A stretch of 36,747 nt of DNA from Gemmatimonadales bacterium. GTDB taxonomy: Bacteria; Gemmatimonadota; Gemmatimonadetes; Gemmatimonadales; GWC2-71-9. Every line of letters starts with the position of its first letter. Position 1 is the stretch's first letter. The notes under the pieces are model-generated. The model had not been told where the DNA came from. It worked only from the letters and a program-made list of their open reading frames with translations, and made no database searches. Positions 1 to 8,355 of this stretch are shown piece after piece. A program made the translations under genes and the position numbers. The DNA lies in the NCBI GenBank assembly GCA_041612035.1, contig JBFILX010000001.1:1-36747 (forward strand), read 5' to 3'.

Positions 1-1
1 C

Positions 2-2275
2 CCCGACTGGCTCGGCATCCCCGCCGACCGGCTGCGGGTCACCGTCCACCACACCGATGACGAGGCCCGCGCGCTCTGGCGCGAACTGACGGGTCTCCCC
101 GACCACCGCATCTACGGCCTGGGAGACCGGGACAACTTCTGGCAGATGGGCGAGACCGGTCCCTGCGGTCCCTGCTCCGAGATCTACGTGGACCTCGCCT
201 GGACCCCCGGGATGCCGGTGCCCGAGATCGCCACCGCCGATTTCGAGCGCGAGGCGGAGGCGGGCCGGTTCCTGGAGATCTGGAACCTGGTCTTCATGCA
301 GTTCGACCGGTCGGCCGACGGGACCCTGACCCCGCTGCCCAAGCCCTCGGTGGACACCGGGGCGGGGCTGGAACGCATCGCCGCCGTGATGCAGGACGAG
401 GACGACAACTTCCACACCGACCTCTTCCGGCCCCTCCTCGATCGGGCCAGCGAACTGGTGGGGGCGCCCTACCCGGGTTCCCTGGAGGGGACCGGCCCCT
501 CCTACCGGGTGCTGGTGGACCACGCCCGCGCCGTGGCGTTCCTGCTGGCCGACGGGGTCTACCCCGGCAACGAGGGCCGGGGCTACGTGCTGCGGCGCAT
601 CCTCCGCCGGGCGGTGCGGCACGCCTGGCTCCTGGGCCGCCGCGAGCCGACGCTGGCGCCCCTGACCGACCTGGTGGTCGAGCTGATGGCCCCGGCCTAC
701 CCCGAACTGCGCGACAAGGCCGGGACCATCCGGGACCTCACGCTGGCGGAGGAGGTCCGCTTCCTCGAGACGATCGAGGGCGGCCTGGGCCGGCTGGAGG
801 AGATCTTCGCCTCGGGTACCCGGCAGATCCCGGGCGACGAGGCGTTCCGGCTGTACGACACCTTCGGCTTCCCGCTCGACCTCACCCAGGTCATCGCCGG
901 GGAGCGGGGCGTGACGGTGGACACCGAGGGGTTCGAGCGCGCCCTGGAGGCGCAGCGCGGGCGCTCGCGGGCGGCACGGGCCACCACCCGGACCGGCCCG
1001 GCGGTCCGCAAGACCGCACGACGATGGACCTCGGTGCGCCGCGGTCGCCAGAAGTTCGTGGGGTACGACGCCGTCGAGGCCGAGTCCGACCTGCTCGCCT
1101 TCCGCCAGGCCGACGGCCGGGTGGACCTGCTCCTGCACCGCGTGCCGTTCTACGCGGAAGCGGGCGGGCAGGTCAGCGATACCGGCGTGGTCGAAGGCGA
1201 GGGATGGTCCCTCACGGTGGACCGGGTGACGCGGGAGAAGCGGGGGATCGTGGTGAGCGGGACCTTCGCCGAGCCGTTCGAGCCCTCGCCGGTCCGGGCC
1301 CGGGTGGAGGCGTCCCGTCGCCGCAACATCGAGCGGAATCACAGCGCCACCCACCTCGTGCATGCGGCGCTCCGCCGTCACCTCGGCACCCACGTCCGGC
1401 AGCAGGGGTCGCTGGTGGAGGCCGACCGTCTCCGGTTCGACTTCAGTCACCACGCCCCGCTCGAGCCCGAGCAGGTGGACCGCATCGAGCGGGACGTGAA
1501 CGAGCACGTCTGGGAGAACTTCCTGGTGGAGACCCGGGAGATGCCGTATCCCGAGGCCATCGCCCTGGGGGCGATGGCGTTCTTCGCGGAGAAGTACGGC
1601 GACCGGGTCCGGGTGGTGACGATGGGCTCGTCCGTCGAGCTCTGCGGCGGCACCCACGTGGACACCACGGGCGCCCTCGGGCTCTTCCGGATCGCCAGCC
1701 AGGGCGGGGTGGCGGCCGGGGTGCGCCGCCTCGAGGCGGTCACCGGGCCCATGGCCTACGCGGTGGTGGACCGGCTGGAGGCCCAGCTCGACGAGGCGGC
1801 GACTACCCTCAGGGCCCAGCCCGAGCACCTGGTCCGCCGCATCGAGCAGCTGCTCGCCGACCATGAGCGGCTGGAGACGCGGCTGGCGGACGCCATCCGG
1901 TCGGGAGGGATGCCGGTGGCGGGCGCCGAGACGGTGGACGTGGGCAACCTGCAGGTGACGGTGGCGGACACGGTGTCGGAGAACCGTGACGAACTGGGCG
2001 CCCTGGCCGATCAGTTCCGCGAAGGCGCCAGCGGGGCGGTGCTGGTGCTGATCGGGACCGCGGGCCGGGGCGCGGTGCACGTGGCCCTCACCGACGACCT
2101 GGTCAGGCGGGGGCTCAAGGCCGGTGACCTGGTGAACCGGATCGCGGCGGTGAGCGGAGGCCGCGGCGGGGGCCGGCCCCACTTCGCCTCCGCCGGGGCC
2201 GGCGACCCGGCCCGCCTCCCCGCCGCGAAGACCGCCGTGCCCGACATCGTCGCGGAGTGGCTGGCGGGCTCGTGA
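2..2275 (+). CDS. alaS: alanine--tRNA ligase, 5'-truncated by the window edge
   Basis: The frame is open from base 2. Translation reads ...DNFWQMGETGPCGPCSEIY..., with editing-domain motifs HSATHLVHAALR and CGGTH. Stop TGA at 2273-2275. Confidence 0.97.
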   Translation, partial: PDWLGIPADRLRVTVHHTDDEARALWRELTGLPDHRIYGLGDRDNFWQMGETGPCGPCSEIYVDLAWTPGMPVPEIATADFEREAEAGRFLEIWNLVFMQFDRSADGTLTPLPKPSVDTGAGLERIAAVMQDEDDNFHTDLFRPLLDRASELVGAPYPGSLEGTGPSYRVLVDHARAVAFLLADGVYPGNEGRGYVLRRILRRAVRHAWLLGRREPTLAPLTDLVVELMAPAYPELRDKAGTIRDLTLAEEVRFLETIEGGLGRLEEIFASGTRQIPGDEAFRLYDTFGFPLDLTQVIAGERGVTVDTEGFERALEAQRGRSRAARATTRTGPAVRKTARRWTSVRRGRQKFVGYDAVEAESDLLAFRQADGRVDLLLHRVPFYAEAGGQVSDTGVVEGEGWSLTVDRVTREKRGIVVSGTFAEPFEPSPVRARVEASRRRNIERNHSATHLVHAALRRHLGTHVRQQGSLVEADRLRFDFSHHAPLEPEQVDRIERDVNEHVWENFLVETREMPYPEAIALGAMAFFAEKYGDRVRVVTMGSSVELCGGTHVDTTGALGLFRIASQGGVAAGVRRLEAVTGPMAYAVVDRLEAQLDEAATTLRAQPEHLVRRIEQLLADHERLETRLADAIRSGGMPVAGAETVDVGNLQVTVADTVSENRDELGALADQFREGASGAVLVLIGTAGRGAVHVALTDDLVRRGLKAGDLVNRIAAVSGGRGGGRPHFASAGAGDPARLPAAKTAVPDIVAEWLAGS

Positions 2276-2571
2276 GCGATCCGCTCGCGGCCTTCGACCG
2301 GCTGAGCGCGGGCGCACCGCCCGTCCTCACCGCCCTCGCCCGGGGCGCGGTGCCCGGTGGCGAGGCCCCCGACGCCGCGGAGGCGCTCGCCGGCGCCGCC
2401 CGGGCGGTGCTGGCCGGGGCGGCCCGCGGGGCGGGCGCCCGCGAGCACGCGGGGGCCCTCCTCGCCGCCGATGCCCTGGTCACCATGGCGCTCCAGGTGC
2501 GGGCCCGGGAGGCGCCGGACCGGCTGGCGGAGCTGGCCCGGGCCATCCGGGGCGAGGCCCCGCGCCCATGA
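2272..2571 (+). CDS. hypothetical Ala/Gly-rich protein (about 100 aa; alternative GTG start at 2257)
   Basis: It fills the alaS-to-PHP-phosphatase gap exactly. GTG 2272 overlaps the alaS stop (GTGA) and its own stop overlaps the next ATG (ATGA at 2568). Third codon positions are almost all G/C, as in neighbouring genes. I recognise no motif. Confidence 0.45.
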   Translation: MSDPLAAFDRLSAGAPPVLTALARGAVPGGEAPDAAEALAGAARAVLAGAARGAGAREHAGALLAADALVTMALQVRAREAPDRLAELARAIRGEAPRP

Positions 2572-3329
2572 TCGACCTGCACTGTCACCTGCTGCCGGCC
2601 GTGGACGACGGCGCGCGCAGCGTGGAGCAGGCCGTGCGCGTGCTCGAGCAGATGGCCGCGGCGGGCGTGACCGCGGTGTGCCTCACCCCCCACTTCGACG
2701 CGACCCGGGCCGGGCAGGGCCTCCCCCCGCGCCACGACCAGGCGTTTGCCGCCCTCTCGGCGGCGGCGCCGACCGCCGTGGCCCTGCACCGCGGGGTCGA
2801 GCTGATGCTCGACCGCCCCTTCCCGGAGCCGGCGGTGGGGAACCCCGCGCTCCGCCTGGCGGGCTCGCGCTACATGCTGGTGGAGTTTCCGCCCGGCATC
2901 GCCGCCCCCGCCGCCCGGAGCGCGCTGGCCCGCCTGGCGGGCCTCGGCATCGTCCCGGTGCTGGCCCACCCCGAGCGGTACGGCTGCTGCTCGCCCGAGG
3001 TGGTCGGCTCGTGGAAGTCGGCGGGAGCGCTCATGCAGGTGGACTCCACCACCGCGTTCCGGCCCGGCACCCGGGGCCAGCGGGCCCGGGCCCTGCTGGC
3101 GGCGGGGCTGGCCGACCTGCTCGCGGCCGACAACCACGGCGATGACCGCATCCTGCCCACCGCCCTCCAGGCCCTGCGCGACCACGGGGTGATCGAACAG
3201 GCGGACCTGCTGGTCCGGGCCAACCCCGAGGCCATCGTCACCGACCGCGTGCCCCAGCCGGTGGCCCCGATCGTGTTCGAGCAGTCGCTCCTCGAACGCG
3301 TCCGCCAGCTCTTCAGGACGGGGGAGTGA
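2568..3329 (+). CDS. PHP-family metal-dependent phosphatase, CpsB/YwqE (protein-tyrosine phosphatase) type
   Basis: N-terminal MIDLHCHLLPAVDDGA, followed by TPHF, LAHPERY and AADNHG, matching the CpsB/YwqE PHP signature. Confidence 0.85.
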   Translation: MIDLHCHLLPAVDDGARSVEQAVRVLEQMAAAGVTAVCLTPHFDATRAGQGLPPRHDQAFAALSAAAPTAVALHRGVELMLDRPFPEPAVGNPALRLAGSRYMLVEFPPGIAAPAARSALARLAGLGIVPVLAHPERYGCCSPEVVGSWKSAGALMQVDSTTAFRPGTRGQRARALLAAGLADLLAADNHGDDRILPTALQALRDHGVIEQADLLVRANPEAIVTDRVPQPVAPIVFEQSLLERVRQLFRTGE

Positions 3330-3898
3330 TGGACCCCGCCGCGTTCCGGGCCGGATTCGAGGCGCTGGCGGCCGACGCCCGATCCGCCGCCGACCAGGCG
3401 GAGGTGCTGGCCGCCATCGCCGCCCGGTTCCGGGACACCCTGGCCGGCGGAGGCACCCTGTTCTTCGCGGGGAACGGGGGCAGCGCGGCCGACGCCCAGC
3501 ACATCGCGGCGGAGTACGTCGTGCGGTACCGGCGCGACCGCGGGCCGCTGCCGGCCCTGGCGCTCACCACCGACACCTCGGTGCTGACGGCCGCCGGCAA
3601 CGACCTGGGGTTCGAGTGGATCTTCGCCCGGCAGGTCGAGGCGCTCTGCCGGCCCGGCGACCTGCTGGTGCTCCACAGCACCAGCGGCCGGAGTCCCAAC
3701 CTGCTCGCCGCCGCGGAGGCGGCCCGGGCCAGAGGGGCCGGGGTGATCGGTTTCCTGGGCCGCGACGGCGGCCCGCTCGCCGCGCGGGTGGACCTGGCCT
3801 TCGTGGTCGCCTCGGACGAAACCAGCCGCATCCAGGAACTTCACCTGGCCGCCGAACACCTGATCGCCGGGATGCTCGAGGAGGAGGCCGCCTCGTGA
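3326..3898 (+). CDS. gmhA: SIS-domain phosphoheptose isomerase (GmhA/DiaA family)
   Basis: Motifs FFAGNGGSAADAQHIAAE, LVLHSTSGRSPN and IQELHL are typical of GmhA. The GTG start overlaps the upstream stop (ATG 3329 is an alternative). Confidence 0.88.
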   Translation: MMDPAAFRAGFEALAADARSAADQAEVLAAIAARFRDTLAGGGTLFFAGNGGSAADAQHIAAEYVVRYRRDRGPLPALALTTDTSVLTAAGNDLGFEWIFARQVEALCRPGDLLVLHSTSGRSPNLLAAAEAARARGAGVIGFLGRDGGPLAARVDLAFVVASDETSRIQELHLAAEHLIAGMLEEEAAS

Positions 3899-4647
3899 TC
3901 AGTCTGGCCGGCAAGACGGCGCTCATCACCGGGGCCTCCCGCGGGATCGGGGCGAGCACCGCCCGGCTCTTCGCCCGGGCGGGCGCCGACGTGGGGCTCA
4001 CCTGTCACCAGCGGCGGCAGGACGCCGACGCGGTGGCCGACGAGATCCGGGCCCTCGGGCGCCGGGCCCACGTGGCCGCCGGCGATCACGCCGATCCCGC
4101 CGTGGCCGATCGGATCGTGGCGGAGTGCGTGGACGCCCTGGGCCCCCTGGACTGCTTCGTCGGCAACGCGGGCATCTGGCCGGTGGAGGAGGTCCCGCTG
4201 GAGCGGCTGGACGACGCGCGGTGGCGGCGGACGATGGGGGCCAACCTCGACGCCATCTTCTACACCACGCGGGCGGCGCTGCGCGCCATGCGTCCGGGGG
4301 GCCGGGTGGTGCTGGTCTCCAGCACCGCGGGCCAGCGCGGGGAGGCCTTCCATGCCGACTACGCCGCCACCAAGGGCGCGCTCATCAGCCTGGTGAAGTC
4401 GCTCGCGGTCGAGTGCGGCCCCGCCATCACCGTCAACGCGGTGGCCCCGGGGTGGGTCGACACCGAGATGAGCGCGCCCGCCCTCACCGACGAGGCGCGC
4501 ACGCGGATCGCCTCGGCCATCCCGGTGGGTCGCATCCCGCCGGCCGACGACCTCGCGGGGCCGATCCTCTTCCTGTGCAGCGACCTGGCCCGGCACATCA
4601 CGGGGGAGATCCTCAACGTGAACGGAGGCAGCGTCCTCTGTGGCTGA
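3895..4647 (+). CDS. short-chain dehydrogenase/reductase (FabG-like SDR)
   Basis: Carries the Rossmann motif TGASRGIG, NAG, the catalytic YAATKGA (YxxxK) and C-terminal ITGEILNVNGG. GTG 3895 overlaps the gmhA stop (GTGA). Confidence 0.9.
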   Translation: MISLAGKTALITGASRGIGASTARLFARAGADVGLTCHQRRQDADAVADEIRALGRRAHVAAGDHADPAVADRIVAECVDALGPLDCFVGNAGIWPVEEVPLERLDDARWRRTMGANLDAIFYTTRAALRAMRPGGRVVLVSSTAGQRGEAFHADYAATKGALISLVKSLAVECGPAITVNAVAPGWVDTEMSAPALTDEARTRIASAIPVGRIPPADDLAGPILFLCSDLARHITGEILNVNGGSVLCG

Positions 4648-5827
4648 GGTGACCGGGTTCCCCGAGCGGGTCGCGCTGGATCCGGAGGTGGTGCGGATCG
4701 CGCGGACGCTCGAGGACGCCGGGTACGAGACCTGGGCCGTGGGGGGGGCCCTCCGCGACCGGCTGCTGGGCGGGGGGCAGTCGGACGTGGACCTGGCGAC
4801 CGCCGCCACGCCCGAGGTGGTGCAGCGGCTGTTCCGGCGGACGGTGCCGGTGGGCGTCCGGTTCGGGACCGTGGGGGTGCTGGATTCGGGCCGGCGGCTG
4901 CACGAGGTGACGACCTTCCGGCAGGACGTCGAGACCGACGGGCGCCACGCGGTCGTGCGCTTCGGCGTATCGCTCGACGAAGACCTGGCGCGGCGCGACT
5001 TCACGATCAACGCCATCGCCTACCATCCGGTCCGGGAGGTCTGGCGCGACCCGTTCGACGGATTCGCCGACCTCCGGGCGGGGCTGGTCCGCGCCGTCGG
5101 CGTGCCGGCCGACCGCTTCCGGGAGGACTACCTCCGCATCCTCCGGGGGATCCGGTTCGCGGCCCGCTTCGGGTTCCGCTTCGACCCCGCCACCTGGGAC
5201 GCCGCCGTCGCCGCGGCACCCGGACTGGACGGACTGTCGGCGGAACGCGTGCGGGACGAATGGACCAAGGGCCTCGTCACCGCCCGGTCGGTGGCGGAGT
5301 TCTGCCGCCTGTGGCGCGAGGCGGGCGCGGCGGCCGTCTGGCTCCCCGAGCTGGACGGGCTCCCCGCCGGGGCCGACCCGGCCCCCGAACCGCGGGACCC
5401 CGTGGTCCTGACCACCCTCGTCTGCCGGGCCCCGGCCACCGTGCTGGCGCGGCTCCGGGCCAGCAACCACGAGATCGCCCGGGCCGCCGCGGTGGAGGAG
5501 GGCCCCGCCGCCCCCGAGGGCCGGGACGACGTCGCGGTGCGACGCTGGCTGCACCGGGTCGGGACCGCGGTGGACGACCTGGTCCTGCTGGCGGCGTACC
5601 GCGGGGGGACGCCGGCCTGGGTGGAGACCGTGCGCCAGGTGCGGGAGCGGGGCGACCCCACCGAGCGCGGCGACCTCGCGGTGACCGGCCATGACCTCCT
5701 GGCCCTCGGCGTCGCGCCCGGCCCGGAACTGGGGACCCTCCTGGACCGCCTGGTGGACGAGGTGATCCGGGACCCCTCGCGCAACCGCCGTGACGACCTG
5801 CTGGCCATGGTGCGGAGCTGGCGGTGA
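4640..5827 (+). CDS. cca: CCA-adding tRNA nucleotidyltransferase / poly(A) polymerase family
   Basis: Contains the GGALRDRLLG...DVDLAT nucleotidyltransferase head and RRDFTINAIAY. Start is GTG 4640 or in-frame GTG 4649. Confidence 0.9.
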   Translation: MAEVTGFPERVALDPEVVRIARTLEDAGYETWAVGGALRDRLLGGGQSDVDLATAATPEVVQRLFRRTVPVGVRFGTVGVLDSGRRLHEVTTFRQDVETDGRHAVVRFGVSLDEDLARRDFTINAIAYHPVREVWRDPFDGFADLRAGLVRAVGVPADRFREDYLRILRGIRFAARFGFRFDPATWDAAVAAAPGLDGLSAERVRDEWTKGLVTARSVAEFCRLWREAGAAAVWLPELDGLPAGADPAPEPRDPVVLTTLVCRAPATVLARLRASNHEIARAAAVEEGPAAPEGRDDVAVRRWLHRVGTAVDDLVLLAAYRGGTPAWVETVRQVRERGDPTERGDLAVTGHDLLALGVAPGPELGTLLDRLVDEVIRDPSRNRRDDLLAMVRSWR

Positions 5828-6537
5828 TCCCGTTCTGGCTCGCGGTCGCGGCGGCGGCCGGCAACCTGGCCGGTGCGGCGGCGGTGGTGCGCCGGCTCCG
5901 GCACAGCCTCCGCGCCATCGAGACCAGCCTGGCCTTCGGGGCGGGGTTCATGCTCGCCGTCGTGCTGGTGGGCGTGCTCCCCGAGGTGTTCGACGGCGAC
6001 CGGACCGAGGCCGCGCTCTTCCTGCTCGGGGGCTACCTCTTCGTGCACCTGGCCCAGCACGTGATGGTGCCGCATTTCCACTTCGGGGAAGAGACCCATG
6101 CCGTGAGTTCCGGGGCCGCCAGCAGCGCCCTGCTGGGCCTCTCGCTCCACACCTTCTTCGACGGCGTGGCCATCGCGAGCGGGTTCCTGGAATCACCGGG
6201 TCTGGGCATGCTGCTCTTCCTGGCGGTGCTGCTCCACAAGCTGCCGGAAGGCGTGGCGATCGCCAGCGTCTGCCTGGCGGGGGGCCAGACGCCGCGCCAG
6301 GCGCTCGCCGCGGCCGGGGTGCTGGGCCTGGCCACCGTCCTGGGGGTGGTGCTCACCGAGGTGGCCGAGCCGCTGCGGGCCCACGGGCTCGCCATCGCCG
6401 CCGGGGTGACCCTCTACGTCGCGGCGTCGAACCTGGTGCCGGAGTTCCAGGCCAAGCCGGGGTGGGCCCTGCCCGCGGCGTTCTTCGGCGGTGCGCTGGC
6501 CCTGCTGCTGGTCACCTGGCTGGCGGGGATCGGATGA
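5824..6537 (+). CDS. ZIP-family divalent metal transporter (ZupT-like)
   Basis: Polytopic hydrophobic protein with a His-rich loop HFHFGEETH and the ZIP signature HKLPEGVAI. GTGA overlap with cca. Confidence 0.88.
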   Translation: MIPFWLAVAAAAGNLAGAAAVVRRLRHSLRAIETSLAFGAGFMLAVVLVGVLPEVFDGDRTEAALFLLGGYLFVHLAQHVMVPHFHFGEETHAVSSGAASSALLGLSLHTFFDGVAIASGFLESPGLGMLLFLAVLLHKLPEGVAIASVCLAGGQTPRQALAAAGVLGLATVLGVVLTEVAEPLRAHGLAIAAGVTLYVAASNLVPEFQAKPGWALPAAFFGGALALLLVTWLAGIG

Positions 6538-7847
6538 CCAGCCTCTTCGCGCCGGCCGAGCCCCTGGCGGCGCGGCTGCGGCCCCAGGCCCTGGAGGAAT
6601 TCGTCGGCCAGCGGCACCTGCTCGACCCGGGCAAGGCCCTGGGCGACCAGATCCGGCGGGGGACCCTCGGCAGCGCGGTCTTCTGGGGGCCGCCCGGGAG
6701 CGGCAAGACGTCGCTGGCGCGCCTGGTGGCGCGGCACACCGACCGGGAGTTCGTGGCCTTCAGCGCGGTCACCGAGGGCGTCCCCCGGGTGCGGGAGATC
6801 ATCCGCGAGGCGGAGCAGCGCCGAGCCCTGGGACGCGGCACCATCCTCTTCTGCGACGAGATCCACCGGTTCAACCGGGCCCAGCAGGACGCCTTCCTGC
6901 CGCACGTGGAGCGGGGGACGGTGACGCTGATCGGCGCCACCACCGAGAACCCGAGCTTCGAGCTCAACGGGGCCCTCCTCTCGCGCTGCCAGGTGTTCGT
7001 GCTGCGGCCGCTCGCGGCCGACGATCTCCTGGCGCTCCTCCGTCGTGCCCTGGCCGACCGCGACCGGGGGCTGGGCACGCTGGAGCTGCGGGTGGAGGAC
7101 GACGCGCTGGTGCGGCTCTCCGCGGAGGCCGACGGCGACGCGCGCCGGGCCCTGAACGCGCTCGAGGTGGCGGCGGAACTCGCGGGGCCCGGGGGCGCGG
7201 TCACCGACCAGGTGGCCCGGGACGCGCTGGCCCGGAGGGTCCCGGTCTACGACAAGACCGGCGAGCACCACTTCAACCTGCTCTCCGCCTATCACAAGTC
7301 CCTGCGCGGGAGCGACCCCCAGGCCGCGCTCTACTGGATGGCCCGGATGCTGGAGGGCGGGGAAGACCCGATGACCCTCTTCCGTCGGGCCATCGCCATG
7401 GCCGCGGAGGACATCGGCCTGGCCGATCCCGGCGCGCTGCGGCTCGCGATGGCGGCGCGCGACGCCTATCACATGCTGGGGGCCCCGGAGGGCTACCTGC
7501 CCCTGGCGGAGCTGACCATCTACCTGGCGACCGCGCCCAAGTCCAACGCGGTCAAGACGGCGCTCGACGCCGCGCTCGGGGCCGCCCGGGACACCCCGGC
7601 GGCGGAAGTGCCCGCCCATCTGCGGAACGCGCCGACCGCGCTGCTGAAGGAGCTGGGGTACGGGGCCGCCTACGTCTACCCGCACGACGAGCCCGCGGGG
7701 TATGCGGCGCAGGACCACCTCCCGCCCGAGCTGGCGGCGGCCGAGTTCTACCGGCCGGGCGACCGGGGCTTCGAGCGGACCATCGCCGAGCGGCTCGCCT
7801 GGTGGCGGCGCATCCGGGACGGCGCCGCGGGCGAGGCGCCCGAATGA
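6534..7847 (+). CDS. rarA: replication-associated recombination protein A (AAA+ ATPase RarA/MgsA)
   Basis: Shows LRPQALEEFVGQ, Walker A GPPGSGKTS, FCDEIHRFN, ATTENPSFE and the C-terminal MgsA domain (ALYWMARML). ATGA overlap with the ZIP gene. Confidence 0.95.
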   Translation: MTSLFAPAEPLAARLRPQALEEFVGQRHLLDPGKALGDQIRRGTLGSAVFWGPPGSGKTSLARLVARHTDREFVAFSAVTEGVPRVREIIREAEQRRALGRGTILFCDEIHRFNRAQQDAFLPHVERGTVTLIGATTENPSFELNGALLSRCQVFVLRPLAADDLLALLRRALADRDRGLGTLELRVEDDALVRLSAEADGDARRALNALEVAAELAGPGGAVTDQVARDALARRVPVYDKTGEHHFNLLSAYHKSLRGSDPQAALYWMARMLEGGEDPMTLFRRAIAMAAEDIGLADPGALRLAMAARDAYHMLGAPEGYLPLAELTIYLATAPKSNAVKTALDAALGAARDTPAAEVPAHLRNAPTALLKELGYGAAYVYPHDEPAGYAAQDHLPPELAAAEFYRPGDRGFERTIAERLAWWRRIRDGAAGEAPE

Positions 7848-8350
7848 CCGTCGGACGGGCCCTGGTCGCGGCGGGCGCCCTGGCGGCCGGGTGCGCCTCG
7901 CTCGGGCGCGGCGGGTTCGAACGACCGGAGGTGACCCTCGCGGGGGTCACGCCCGCCGGGGTCGATCTGCAGGGCGCCACGCTGGAGCTGGCGCTCCGGA
8001 TCACCAACCCCAACCGGTTCGAGATCGAGGGGTACCGGATGGACCTGGCGTTCGACGTCGAGGGCGCGCCCTTCGGGCACCTCGCGCTGCAGACTAGGTT
8101 TCGGCTCCCCGCCCGCGGCGACACCACCCTGCGGGTGCCGTTCCGGGTCCTGTGGAGCGGCGTCGGTCGCGCGGTGCGGGGGGCGCTCCTCGCCGGCGAA
8201 GTCGAGTACCGCCTGCGCGGGGAGGTGCAGGTCGAGACGCCCTACGGTCGGGGCCCCGTGCCGTTCGACCGGGTGGGGACCTTCAACGTGGCGGGGCGCC
8301 TGCCCGGACCGGGCGGGCCCCCGGAGGAGAGGGACGCATTCGGGAACTGA
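7844..8350 (+). CDS. LEA_2/WHy-like lipoprotein
   Basis: Signal peptide with a lipobox-like ALAAGC. The beta-rich body carries LRITNPNRFEI, the NPN motif typical of LEA type 2 / water-stress domains. ATGA overlap with rarA. Confidence 0.65.
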   Translation: MTVGRALVAAGALAAGCASLGRGGFERPEVTLAGVTPAGVDLQGATLELALRITNPNRFEIEGYRMDLAFDVEGAPFGHLALQTRFRLPARGDTTLRVPFRVLWSGVGRAVRGALLAGEVEYRLRGEVQVETPYGRGPVPFDRVGTFNVAGRLPGPGGPPEERDAFGN

Positions 8351-8355
8351 TCACC

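Noticed and set aside
4741-4748. G8 homopolymers inside coding regions (4741-4748 in cca; 26271-26278 in mutS2) as phase-variation switches.
   Set aside because: They encode in-frame Gly-Gly within conserved motifs (GGALRD in cca; AEGGAL in mutS2) and both reading frames are intact. Such runs are common in GC-rich genomes, and nothing suggests on/off switching.
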